Below, piece after piece: positions 56,375-64,000 of a stretch of 64,000 nucleotides of DNA. The notes under the pieces are model-generated. The model was given only the letters and a program-made list of their open reading frames with translations. It searched no databases and had not been told where the DNA came from. The stretch is from Clostridia bacterium. GTDB taxonomy: Bacteria; Bacillota; Clostridia; Christensenellales; JBMNLC01. The position numbers and the translations under genes are program-made. How positions within the stretch are numbered: the first letter of the stretch is position 1; every line of letters begins with the position of its first letter. Where the stretch lies: positions 233,862 to 297,861 of the forward strand of contig JBMNLC010000004.1 of the NCBI GenBank assembly GCA_050952525.1. The letters run 5' to 3'.

Positions 56375-57370
56375 ATGAATGCAAAGGAACGCGTAAAAAG
56401 AGCCGTGGCTTTCAAGGAAGTGGACAGGGTACCGGCCGGGCTGTTCGGGACCCATGTCGAATATGAGGAAGGACTGGCCAGATACATAGGCGTGGCCAGC
56501 GTAGAAGAAATGTACCGGGTATTGGGAGTGGATGTATGGCACAGTCGAGTAGGCCTAAGCTATACCAGTGATATGGATCTTAAGAAGAGGGAGGAAGAAA
56601 ATCCCCATCCCTTTGCTGAAGTCGTTTCGGTGGATGAGGTGGAGGCATGGCCTTTTCCGGATATTGCAGACTACGATGCGACTGATCTAGTAAAGCATCT
56701 TGAGGCGCATCAGGAGTTTTTTGTCTGTGGTGGAATCAATTCAGCTATTTTTCATCACTATCTGGGGATATGCGGTCAGGAGAATGCCCTTTGTTTTCTC
56801 AAAACGCAGCCTGATGTGGCAAAGGCGATTATCCGTAGGATAACTGATTTCTGGGTGGGATACCTGAAAAAGGTCCTCGAGTCCTGCCATGGCTTAATCG
56901 ATATGATCGAGAACTGCAACGACTTTGGAACCCAGCGGAGCACGTTCATCAGTCCCGAGGATTTTCGGGAGTTTTTCAAGCCGGAGCTCCAGCGCTTGTA
57001 TGATACGGCAAAAGCGTATGGGGTGCTGTATATGCAGCATTCATGCGGTGCCATAGAACCTATCATATCGGATTTCATTGAAATGGGGGCGGATATTCTC
57101 AATCCGATACAAGTGCAGGCCAGTGGAATGGATATGGAGAACCTGGTAACAAAGTATAAAGGAAAAATCACCTTCTATGGCGGGATCGATACCCAGCAAC
57201 TGTTACCAAATGGACCCGAGGACCGGATTCGTGAGGAGGTGCGCAAGCTTATTTCCTACTTTGGGAATGAAGGCGGGTTGATTCTGTCGGGATCCCAGGG
57301 ACTGATGGAGGACATCCCGTATTCCCATGCCGTGGCTATGCTACAGGAAAATTTATTTGCTTTTAAATGA
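56375..57370 (+). CDS. URO-D family protein, paralog D
   Basis: Start at ATG 56375 after AAGGAGG. MQHSCGAIEPIISDFIEMGADILNPIQ...FYGGIDTQQLLPNG...GGLILSGSQGLMEDIP parallels paralog B. Confidence 0.7.
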   Translation: MNAKERVKRAVAFKEVDRVPAGLFGTHVEYEEGLARYIGVASVEEMYRVLGVDVWHSRVGLSYTSDMDLKKREEENPHPFAEVVSVDEVEAWPFPDIADYDATDLVKHLEAHQEFFVCGGINSAIFHHYLGICGQENALCFLKTQPDVAKAIIRRITDFWVGYLKKVLESCHGLIDMIENCNDFGTQRSTFISPEDFREFFKPELQRLYDTAKAYGVLYMQHSCGAIEPIISDFIEMGADILNPIQVQASGMDMENLVTKYKGKITFYGGIDTQQLLPNGPEDRIREEVRKLISYFGNEGGLILSGSQGLMEDIPYSHAVAMLQENLFAFK

Positions 57371-57400
57371 TGAGAATGGGAAAAGGAGAGCTTTACAACT

Positions 57401-58408
57401 ATGCAAAAGAAGAATACCTTTAAAAATCCTTTTATGATGAATGCGCCCGATCCCTATATGCTAATCCATGATGGATACTACTACCTCACGGCTACGACAG
57501 GGGTGAATATCACAATTCACAGGAGCAGGACCCTGAAGGGCTTTTCCCATCCTGAAAGCAGAGTAATCTGGACCCCTGAAGAAAATCGGGAGAACAGCAA
57601 AGCGATCTGGGCTCCTGAAATACATCGTATAGGGGGACGATGGTATATTTATTATACGGCGACGGACGGTAAACCGGAAAACCGCCGCACATTCGTATTG
57701 GAGAACATATCAGATGACCTTTTTTATGGAAAATGGGTTGAAAGGGGTAAGATTTTTGCCCAGCCGGACAGATGGGCGATTGACGGCACGGTGATGTGGG
57801 ACGGGCTGAGCCATTACTTTGTCTGGTCCGGCTGGGAGGGATATGTAGATGAAGCCCAGAATCTATACATAGCGAAGATGAAATCACCCTATGAGCTGGA
57901 AGGCCAGCGCGTTCTGCTTTCTGTGCCTGAGTATGAATGGGAGTGTCAGACCATCCCAGGCAAGGATTATCCCACGGTCAATGAGGGACCTGTTGCCTTG
58001 TATACGAAAAACTATATCCATATTGTCTATTCCGGTTCCCATTTCACATCGGACAGCTACTGCCTGGGTATCCTGACACTGAAAAGAGGAGCTGATCCGT
58101 TGAAGCGGGAAAATTGGGTAAAGTCGGAGAAGCCCATCTTTGAAAAATCCTATCGGCATGGTGTGTACAGCCCGGGGCATAACAGCTTTATCAAATCACC
58201 GGACGGCAGCGAGGATTGGATGATATACCATGCATTTATATCACCACCGCCCTTTGAGGGGTCAAAAAGGTGCGCCATGGCACAAGCCTTTATCTTTGAT
58301 GAAAATGAAATGCCGATATTAGCTGAGCCATTGAAAGTGGGACAAGAGATTCAAGCTCCGTCAGGGGAAGAATGTTGGTCCCATGAGAGTGGCGATTCCA
58401 ATGAATGA
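57401..58408 (+). CDS. Glycoside hydrolase family 43 protein
   Basis: NPFMMNAPDPYMLIHDGYYYLTAT, IWAPEIH..GRWYIYYTA and NEGP blocks are typical of the GH43 five-bladed propeller. No signal peptide. Confidence 0.85.
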   Translation: MQKKNTFKNPFMMNAPDPYMLIHDGYYYLTATTGVNITIHRSRTLKGFSHPESRVIWTPEENRENSKAIWAPEIHRIGGRWYIYYTATDGKPENRRTFVLENISDDLFYGKWVERGKIFAQPDRWAIDGTVMWDGLSHYFVWSGWEGYVDEAQNLYIAKMKSPYELEGQRVLLSVPEYEWECQTIPGKDYPTVNEGPVALYTKNYIHIVYSGSHFTSDSYCLGILTLKRGADPLKRENWVKSEKPIFEKSYRHGVYSPGHNSFIKSPDGSEDWMIYHAFISPPPFEGSKRCAMAQAFIFDENEMPILAEPLKVGQEIQAPSGEECWSHESGDSNE

Positions 58409-58447
58409 TCACAGCAGGAAAAATCGATATGCTGAGGGGGTTTTACA

Positions 58448-59320
58448 ATGACAGAGCGCTATTTGATTATCAATGCCGATGATTATGGCATGTGTTATTC
58501 GGCCAATGAAGCAGTGGAGCACCTCTTCAATGAGGGCTTTATTACATCCGCCACCTTGATGACTCCCTGCCCGTGGGCGGAGGATGCGATTAGCAGGGCG
58601 AAGAGGAATAAAAAGATGCGGGTAGGGCTGCATTTAACGTTCAATTCAGAATGGAAGCTATACAAATGGGGACCTGTGTGCAGAACCAAAGTGCTTTCCT
58701 CCATCTTGGACAGCAATGGGTATTTTTATAGCGATGTGGCGTCCTTCCTGAAAACAGCCCAGCCCGATGATGTGATAGCAGAAATGGAGGCCCAGCTCGA
58801 CTTTATGGTAAAACGGGGCTATCGGCCGACCCATGTAGATAATCATATGGGTAGCTTATACGGACTGGCAGGACGATCATTCTTACAGGAGGTATTTGCA
58901 TTTTGTGCAAAGAATCAATTCAATTTCCGGCTGCCCCGTTCGACAGAGGCCTTTGGACCAGTGCCGGAGACGGTGAAGCAGCAGCTTCCAGAGATGGTGG
59001 AAATGGCCAGCCGGATGGGAATCGGAATACTCGATCATCTCTGTTCCCATACCGTTGCCCTTACTCCTTCGGATAGCTATGAAACATACAGGGATTATTA
59101 TTTGAATTTAATCAGGAACGCACGGCCGGGGATTACGGAGATATATCTCCATCCGGCAAAGGAAAGCGAAGAATTGAAGGCGATTACCTCCAATTGGCAA
59201 AGACGGGTATGGGAATACCGGCTCATGCTGGATGACATGGTCATGAAAACCATTGAATCCGAGGGTATAAAATTGGTAGGCTGGACGGACGCCCCCTTTC
59301 GGGCAAATGGGACAATATAA
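58448..59320 (+). CDS. ChbG/YdjC-family carbohydrate deacetylase
   Basis: LIINADDYGM N-terminal motif, HLTF, HVDNHMG. Confidence 0.85.
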   Translation: MTERYLIINADDYGMCYSANEAVEHLFNEGFITSATLMTPCPWAEDAISRAKRNKKMRVGLHLTFNSEWKLYKWGPVCRTKVLSSILDSNGYFYSDVASFLKTAQPDDVIAEMEAQLDFMVKRGYRPTHVDNHMGSLYGLAGRSFLQEVFAFCAKNQFNFRLPRSTEAFGPVPETVKQQLPEMVEMASRMGIGILDHLCSHTVALTPSDSYETYRDYYLNLIRNARPGITEIYLHPAKESEELKAITSNWQRRVWEYRLMLDDMVMKTIESEGIKLVGWTDAPFRANGTI

Positions 59321-59328
59321 AAGCAAGC

Positions 59329-59357
59329 TTGGCATTCGTTGTAAGAACCGATATAAT
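59329..59357 (+). promoter_or_regulatory. Near-consensus sigma-A promoter
   Basis: TTGGCA (59329-59334), 17-nt spacer, TATAAT (59352-59357). Implies a ~170-nt leader before ATG 59535. Confidence 0.55.
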
Positions 59358-59534
59358 ATGTTTGAACCTTACAAAAGACCAATATATAAACAGCAATAGC
59401 AGGGGGAAGACGCTTTACATTCGGAGGCTCTGAAACAGCAGCATAGGTAGCACGAAATAAGTGATGACTGGAGAGAATAAAAGATAGATAGTGAAGGAAA
59501 AATGGAGAAGAGTAAGGAAGGTGCAAGGTATAGT

Positions 59535-59786
59535 ATGAAAACCTATCGATATAAAACAAAAGGTACCTGTTCTACGGAAATCATTTACAGCGTTGAAGAT
59601 GGTAAAATCGTCGAGATTGATATTCAGGATGGCTGTAATGGAAACATCCAAGGCCTTATGAAACTGGTGAGAGGGATGGATGTGCAAGATGTGATCGAAA
59701 GGCTCAAGGGAATCGATTGCAGAGGGAAAGGAACCTCCTGTCCCGACCAAATAGCCAAAGCATTGGAGTTATCCGTCTCTCCATGA
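59535..59786 (+). CDS. TSCPD-domain small protein (TIGR03905-like, 4-Cys)
   Basis: MKTYRYKTKGTCS...IQDGCNGN...GIDCRGKGTSCPDQIA. The TSCPD motif is present. Confidence 0.8.
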   Translation: MKTYRYKTKGTCSTEIIYSVEDGKIVEIDIQDGCNGNIQGLMKLVRGMDVQDVIERLKGIDCRGKGTSCPDQIAKALELSVSP

Positions 59787-59901
59787 CAGACGACCGAATA
59801 CACTCCTTTGCCGGTCTGGCTGATATGAGCTGCCTTACTTCCCTCCTGTATGATTGATAGAAAACAGGTAAGTTTACAAATAATGAATGCGTAAGGTGAT
59901 A

Positions 59902-59927
59902 AGAGCATCCAACGGATGTTCTTTTTT
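59902..59927 (+). terminator. Rho-independent terminator
   Basis: agagcatcc aac ggatgttct followed by ttttt. Confidence 0.7.
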
Positions 59928-60189
59928 ATGCCTATTTTGTGCACCATTCTACTTCAGTATATCAACCATCGGTATGAAAAAAGATCATCCTGTCGTCGAA
60001 TAAGGATCATTCTCGTTATGAATGGGAGAGATGGATCTCGGCAGATAGAATGAAATGGGTGTGTGCAGGTTTTTAAAGAAACATACGAGTTTAACCATCC
60101 CATAAGTATATCTTGCATAGAATAAATATATATTAAATGGGGCTGACTAACTCAGAATAGAAGAACCGCATCTTAAGGGGGAGAGAGAT

Positions 60190-61556
60190 GTGGATGAAAG
60201 ATGCTATGATTTAACTGCTGCTCAGCGGATCTTGTTTTTTGCACAAAAGCATAGCCTCCATAAAGAGCTGAACAATATCAGCGTCTCCGTATTGGTGGAT
60301 GCAGAGTTGGATCTGGATACCTTGGAGCAGGCCATTAAGAAGGCCTATGTGAGGAATGATGTCCTCCGGATTCGTGTGGTGAAAGTAGGCAAGGAGATAA
60401 AGCAGTATTTCGCAGACTATGAGGAACCGGAAATCAAGTTTTTGGATTTCCGAAGAAAACGCAGGAACAAATGGAAAAGAAGTTAAGAAGAATCGCTCGT
60501 AAACCCATATCCATATTGGGAACTTCCATGAGCAAGGTGCACATCTTCCGTACATCTGATGGAAGATGGGGAATCTTCTTTGTGGTAAGCCACCTGATGA
60601 TGGATTTCTGGGCCATTACTGTATTTTTCAAGGATGTCCTCACGATTTACGAAGCCCTGCGTAAAGGAACGGATATGCCGTATCCTCTGGCTTCCTATGA
60701 AAAGCTGCTTCGACAGGAATTGAACTACAGGAATACAGAAGCCTATAAGAGGGACAGGGCATTCTTTGAAGAGTACTTCAGAGAAGGTGTTCAACCGATC
60801 CTTAGCCATGTGAATGGTTCTTCTGAGCTGGAGAAATATCGAAAAAGGAAAGATCCCAATTGGCGCTGGGGTCGGGCATATGCATTCTTTACAAAGGCCA
60901 ATCGCATCATGCTCCCCTGTTCCAAGGATGTGGTGGAAAAGATGAAAGCTTATTGCGATGCCCGGAATCTGTCCATGCAATCCTTGGTGCTACTGGCCTT
61001 CTTCTGTTATCTTGCAAAGGTCAACACCATTGAGAAGAATGTTCTCTTCCATATCATGGCCGGCAGGAGAAACACCCTTGCAGAAAAAAACACCGGAGGC
61101 AGCCGGGCGCATTTTATGCCCTTCTGGCTAATATACAACAGACATGAAACCTTTCGAGAGTTAAGTAAAATTATTCAGGAAAAACAGATGGCTGTTTGCC
61201 GTCATGCGGATATGGATCCCCTGGAAGTCATGGATATGATCAGAAAGAAATACAAATCTGAACGCTTTGATTTTCATGCGATTGCTTCAGTATCCTTTCA
61301 GTCTGTACAACTGACAGGTCCTGAAGGCATGAAGATGGAGACAAAATGGTATGGAAATGGAGCAGCCGCACAGCCATTCTCCTTGACCGTAATGGAAGGG
61401 GATGGAACTGGAGACCTGAAATTCTACTATGAATACCAAACCCATCATATTTCCATAGAGACGGTCAAGAAGCTTCATGCATATATGATGAAGGTCATTG
61501 AGACAGGTATCCAAAATGATGAAGCCGCCATGGATGAATTGCTGCGTATTGAGTAG
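60190..61556 (+). pseudogene. Stand-alone NRPS-type condensation-domain protein, split by a -1 frameshift near 60447-60455
   Basis: ORF 60190-60486 (YDLTAAQRILFF...) and ORF 60471-61556 share the expected C-domain order. The active-site region reads SHLMMDFW (HHxxxDG variant). The frames join as ...EIKFLDF|(P)KKTQEQMEKKLRRIA. Confidence 0.7.
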
Positions 61557-61669
61557 GGACAAGGATCTTTAGCAACTTTGCTTAAGATCCTTTTACTTGC
61601 GCAGGCGGATAGGGAAGGATGATTTCTACTCCAAGCTTTTTTGAATATTAGCAGGGGAGGGGATATCGA

Positions 61670-62407
61670 TTGAAAAGAGCAGGGAAAATCATGATGCTGA
61701 CGGGACTGCTTCTGGCCATCCTCACAGGATGTATACAAGCCCGATTCTATATTCGGATAAACACCAATGGAACAGCGGATGTTGAGTACAAACTGGGGTT
61801 GAAGGAATCTTCCTTCCTGGCATTGGTTCCCAAGGAGCAGGATCCTCTTCAGGAAGCGGCGGAAGAAGCCAGGAAAGCGGGCTTCACCGTATCTCAATAC
61901 AAGGAAGAGGGATATACGGGTTTCATCGCAAGGAAGCACGTTAAGAATTTGAGAGATATGCAGAAGGTCCTTCCCACAGGGCTCATATATACAAGGAGAG
62001 CAGGCAATTCGGATCAGAAGCTGCATGTTGAGGTGGAGGAAACTTTTCTCTACAAGACATACAGGCTGGAAGGCCAAGTGGATTTGGAAAACATTTTTTT
62101 AGAAGATCCATATTCAGATGAATTGTCAAAACAGATTATCCAGCGGATGCTGAGTACATCTGAAGTGGATTTGGTCATCTCCCTGCCTGTTAAACCGATG
62201 GCGGACAATGCCACCAGCAGGGATGCGTCCAACAAGACCCTTACCTGGAGCCTCATCATGGGAAAGAAGAATGACATCCTCCTGGTGTTGAGGGTCTGGA
62301 ATGTGTACAATGTTGCAGGCATTGCCATCGGACTGGTTTTGCTTGCGGTAACCGTTTTTCTGCAGTTCGCCGGCAAGGGCACAAAGGCCAGGAAGGACTC
62401 CAGATAA
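61670..62407 (+). CDS. Lipoprotein with a C-terminal TM helix (LppM/DUF3153-like)
   Basis: TTG start after GGGGAGGGG. Lipobox ILTGC. Beta-rich ectodomain and a C-terminal hydrophobic helix. Confidence 0.5.
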   Translation: MKRAGKIMMLTGLLLAILTGCIQARFYIRINTNGTADVEYKLGLKESSFLALVPKEQDPLQEAAEEARKAGFTVSQYKEEGYTGFIARKHVKNLRDMQKVLPTGLIYTRRAGNSDQKLHVEVEETFLYKTYRLEGQVDLENIFLEDPYSDELSKQIIQRMLSTSEVDLVISLPVKPMADNATSRDASNKTLTWSLIMGKKNDILLVLRVWNVYNVAGIAIGLVLLAVTVFLQFAGKGTKARKDSR

Positions 62408-62472
62408 AAAGGATTTCACAATGGTATTGATAGATACGATGGGGTATAATACCCATGAAGGAGGGATGAAAA

Positions 62473-63777
62473 ATGCAGCCTATATGCCTGCATCCCGAGA
62501 ACAAAAAAGTTTTCCTGTTCCGGGGTAAACCAACCGTTTTAGTAACTTCGGCCAGTCATTATGGAGCCATCATAAACCGAAAGTATGATTATGAAAAGGA
62601 ATTGGATGAGTTGGCCCGCCATGGCCTTAACCTGGTGCGTATTTTTGGCGGACATTACCGTGAAATACCGGGGGATTTTGGGATCACAAGGAACGTGTTG
62701 GCACCTTCCCCTGAGGATTATATAGCCCCTTTTGTCCGGGGAGAGGACGTGAAATATGATCTGAATGCTCCCAATGAGGAGTACTATGATCGCTTGATTG
62801 ATTATGTGCAAAAATGCTCCGATCGTGGGATTGTGGTAGAGATGTCCATATTCTGCCCCTTTTATCACGAGGGATTATGGGATATCTGCCCAATGAACGG
62901 AAAAAACAATAGAAATGGCGTAGGAAATACCGATCGATTTTCCTTTCACCGGCTGACAGATCCCGCCACCGTATCCGCCCAGGAATCCTATGTAGCGTAT
63001 ATGCTGCAGGTTCTCAATCGCTTTGACAACATCTATTATGAGATCATGAATGAACCCTGGGCCAATGAAGTTCCCCTGGCCTTTGAACTTCATTTTGCCA
63101 ATTTCATCAAGGAGTATGAAAGCAATCTTCCCATGCAGCATATGGTCGCTCGCAATCCGGCAAACGGCTGGGAACGGGTAGATGCTTACAAAAATGTGGA
63201 TCTGTTGAATTTCCATTACGCCAGTCCCCCCTATGCAGTAGAGGCCAACCGCCATTTGCCCTGTGCCATAGGTTTTAACGAAACAGGCTTTGCCGGTTCC
63301 GACCCCAATACATATCGAAAGCAGGCGTGGGATTTTATGATGGCAGGGGGAGCTCTGTTCAATAACCTGGATTATTCCTTTGCTGTAGGGTATGAGGATG
63401 GGACCTGGTATGATCCGACAGATCCGGGTGCCGGTAGTGCAGAACTGCGAATGCAGCTGGGAATACTCAAGCGCTTCCTGATGGAGGCGGATCTGCTTCA
63501 TTTGCAGCCGGATATGCAGCCCATCAAGCGATGCCATTCCCTCCATGGACAGGGTGCATGCTTAAAAGGAAAGGATGAGTACCTCTTTTATTTCCGGTCC
63601 CAAAATGAGCTGTATGTGCTGCTGGATCTGCCCCAAGGGGATTATATGTTCAAATGGGTAAAGGTTTTAAATGGGGAGGAAAGGAAAGAAAAGGTCCACA
63701 TTGACGGTTTGTATGAGTTCAGGTACAGTGACTTCCGGGATATTCAAGAAATGGCACTGCATGTCAAAAAACTGTAG
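62473..63777 (+). CDS. Clan GH-A (GH5-like) glycoside hydrolase, cytoplasmic
   Basis: 434 aa. YYEIMNEPW (the NEP acid/base motif of clan GH-A TIM barrels). No signal peptide. Confidence 0.55.
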   Translation: MQPICLHPENKKVFLFRGKPTVLVTSASHYGAIINRKYDYEKELDELARHGLNLVRIFGGHYREIPGDFGITRNVLAPSPEDYIAPFVRGEDVKYDLNAPNEEYYDRLIDYVQKCSDRGIVVEMSIFCPFYHEGLWDICPMNGKNNRNGVGNTDRFSFHRLTDPATVSAQESYVAYMLQVLNRFDNIYYEIMNEPWANEVPLAFELHFANFIKEYESNLPMQHMVARNPANGWERVDAYKNVDLLNFHYASPPYAVEANRHLPCAIGFNETGFAGSDPNTYRKQAWDFMMAGGALFNNLDYSFAVGYEDGTWYDPTDPGAGSAELRMQLGILKRFLMEADLLHLQPDMQPIKRCHSLHGQGACLKGKDEYLFYFRSQNELYVLLDLPQGDYMFKWVKVLNGEERKEKVHIDGLYEFRYSDFRDIQEMALHVKKL

Positions 63778-63803
63778 CAATCGTTAAAAGACATGCAGTG
63801 CCA
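63752..63803. terminator. 14-bp inverted repeat spanning the stop of the GH gene
   Basis: tggcactgcatgtc ... gacatgcagtgcca with a 24-nt loop, between convergent genes. Confidence 0.45.
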
Positions 63804-63809
63804 CACCGA

Positions 63810-64000
63810 TTATGCCTGAACTGTACTTGCAGATTCCCGGGTCAGATTCTTAATCCACCTGAAACGGTTCACCTTAACCACCGCTACGGCACATTTCAAG
63901 ATTTGATCTGACTTCAGACAAGCGAATACCACCACCGGAGGTGCATGAAAGACAAAGGCAGCCAGGACGGCGGAGGGGATAACCACCAGCCAAACGAAGA
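63810..64000 (-). CDS. C-terminal part of a membrane protein (possibly a MATE-type transporter); 5' end lies outside the window
   Basis: The minus-strand frame reads ...FVWLVVIPSAVLAAFVFHAPPVVVFACLKSDQILKCAVAVVKVNRFRWIKNLTRESASTVQA*. Confidence 0.4.
   Translation of the reverse strand, partial: FVWLVVIPSAVLAAFVFHAPPVVVFACLKSDQILKCAVAVVKVNRFRWIKNLTRESASTVQA

Noticed and set aside
59358-59534. Assignment of the TSCPD leader to a known riboswitch class
   Set aside because: By eye there is no match to the conserved cores of the cobalamin, TPP, SAM, purine, c-di-GMP, c-di-AMP, ZTP, preQ1 or guanidine classes. It is kept only as a low-interest open observation.
1-64000. CRISPR arrays, rRNA genes, reverse transcriptase/retron or DGR signatures, toxin-antitoxin pairs
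   Set aside because: I looked for regularly spaced direct repeats, 16S/23S-like segments and RT motifs (YxDD) in the ORF set. I found none.

Overview
This 64-kb chromosomal segment reads like a Clostridia-class Firmicute: roughly 38-47% GC in the lines I hand-counted, AGGAGG-type ribosome-binding sites, and rho-independent terminators. All calls come from reading the sequence and the ORF track, with no database search. Family names are recognised from motifs and are not verified.

Layout:
- 0-26 kb is core housekeeping: tRNA-Arg(CCG); a J-domain/DUF5685/zinc-ribbon trio; two RNA methyltransferases; an FHA-SEDS-PBP2 module; uvrC; and hprK-glcK-SBP-like-murB-PHP-rapZ-yvcK-whiA-crh-dnaE. An IS110-family element sits between the PBP2 gene and uvrC.
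- 26-64 kb is accessory:
  - an ISLre2-family IS whose transposase carries an in-frame TAA;
  - an MFS transporter;
  - a cobalamin riboswitch driving a cblT/cblS-like alpha-ribazole salvage pair;
  - an M24 peptidase;
  - an Opp-type ABC importer followed by three divergent URO-D-fold proteins, a nitroreductase, a signal-peptide-less Cys-type sulfatase, a second orphan binding protein and a PHP hydrolase;
  - a decaying stretch (48.4-60.5 kb) in which galM, a nucleoside hydrolase, an AraC/GyrI regulator, a C45 peptidase, a TPM protein and a stand-alone condensation-domain protein are all frameshifted, mostly at homopolymer runs;
  - intact carbohydrate genes (URO-D-like, GH43, ChbG, GH-A hydrolase).

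I found no rRNA, CRISPR array, reverse transcriptase or clear defence or prophage module.

The most unusual items:
1. An uncharacterised ABC/URO-D x3/nitroreductase/cytoplasmic-sulfatase locus.
2. A roughly 60-bp imperfect palindrome split by the IS110 element, next to a 218-nt candidate bridge-RNA region.
3. An inverted pair of paralogous AraC 5' modules. One has lost its HTH domain by a microhomology deletion and is fused in frame to a C45 peptidase, at a linker that doubles as SD+ATG.
4. The clustering of about nine reading-frame lesions in 12 kb, against none seen in 48 kb of upstream genes.
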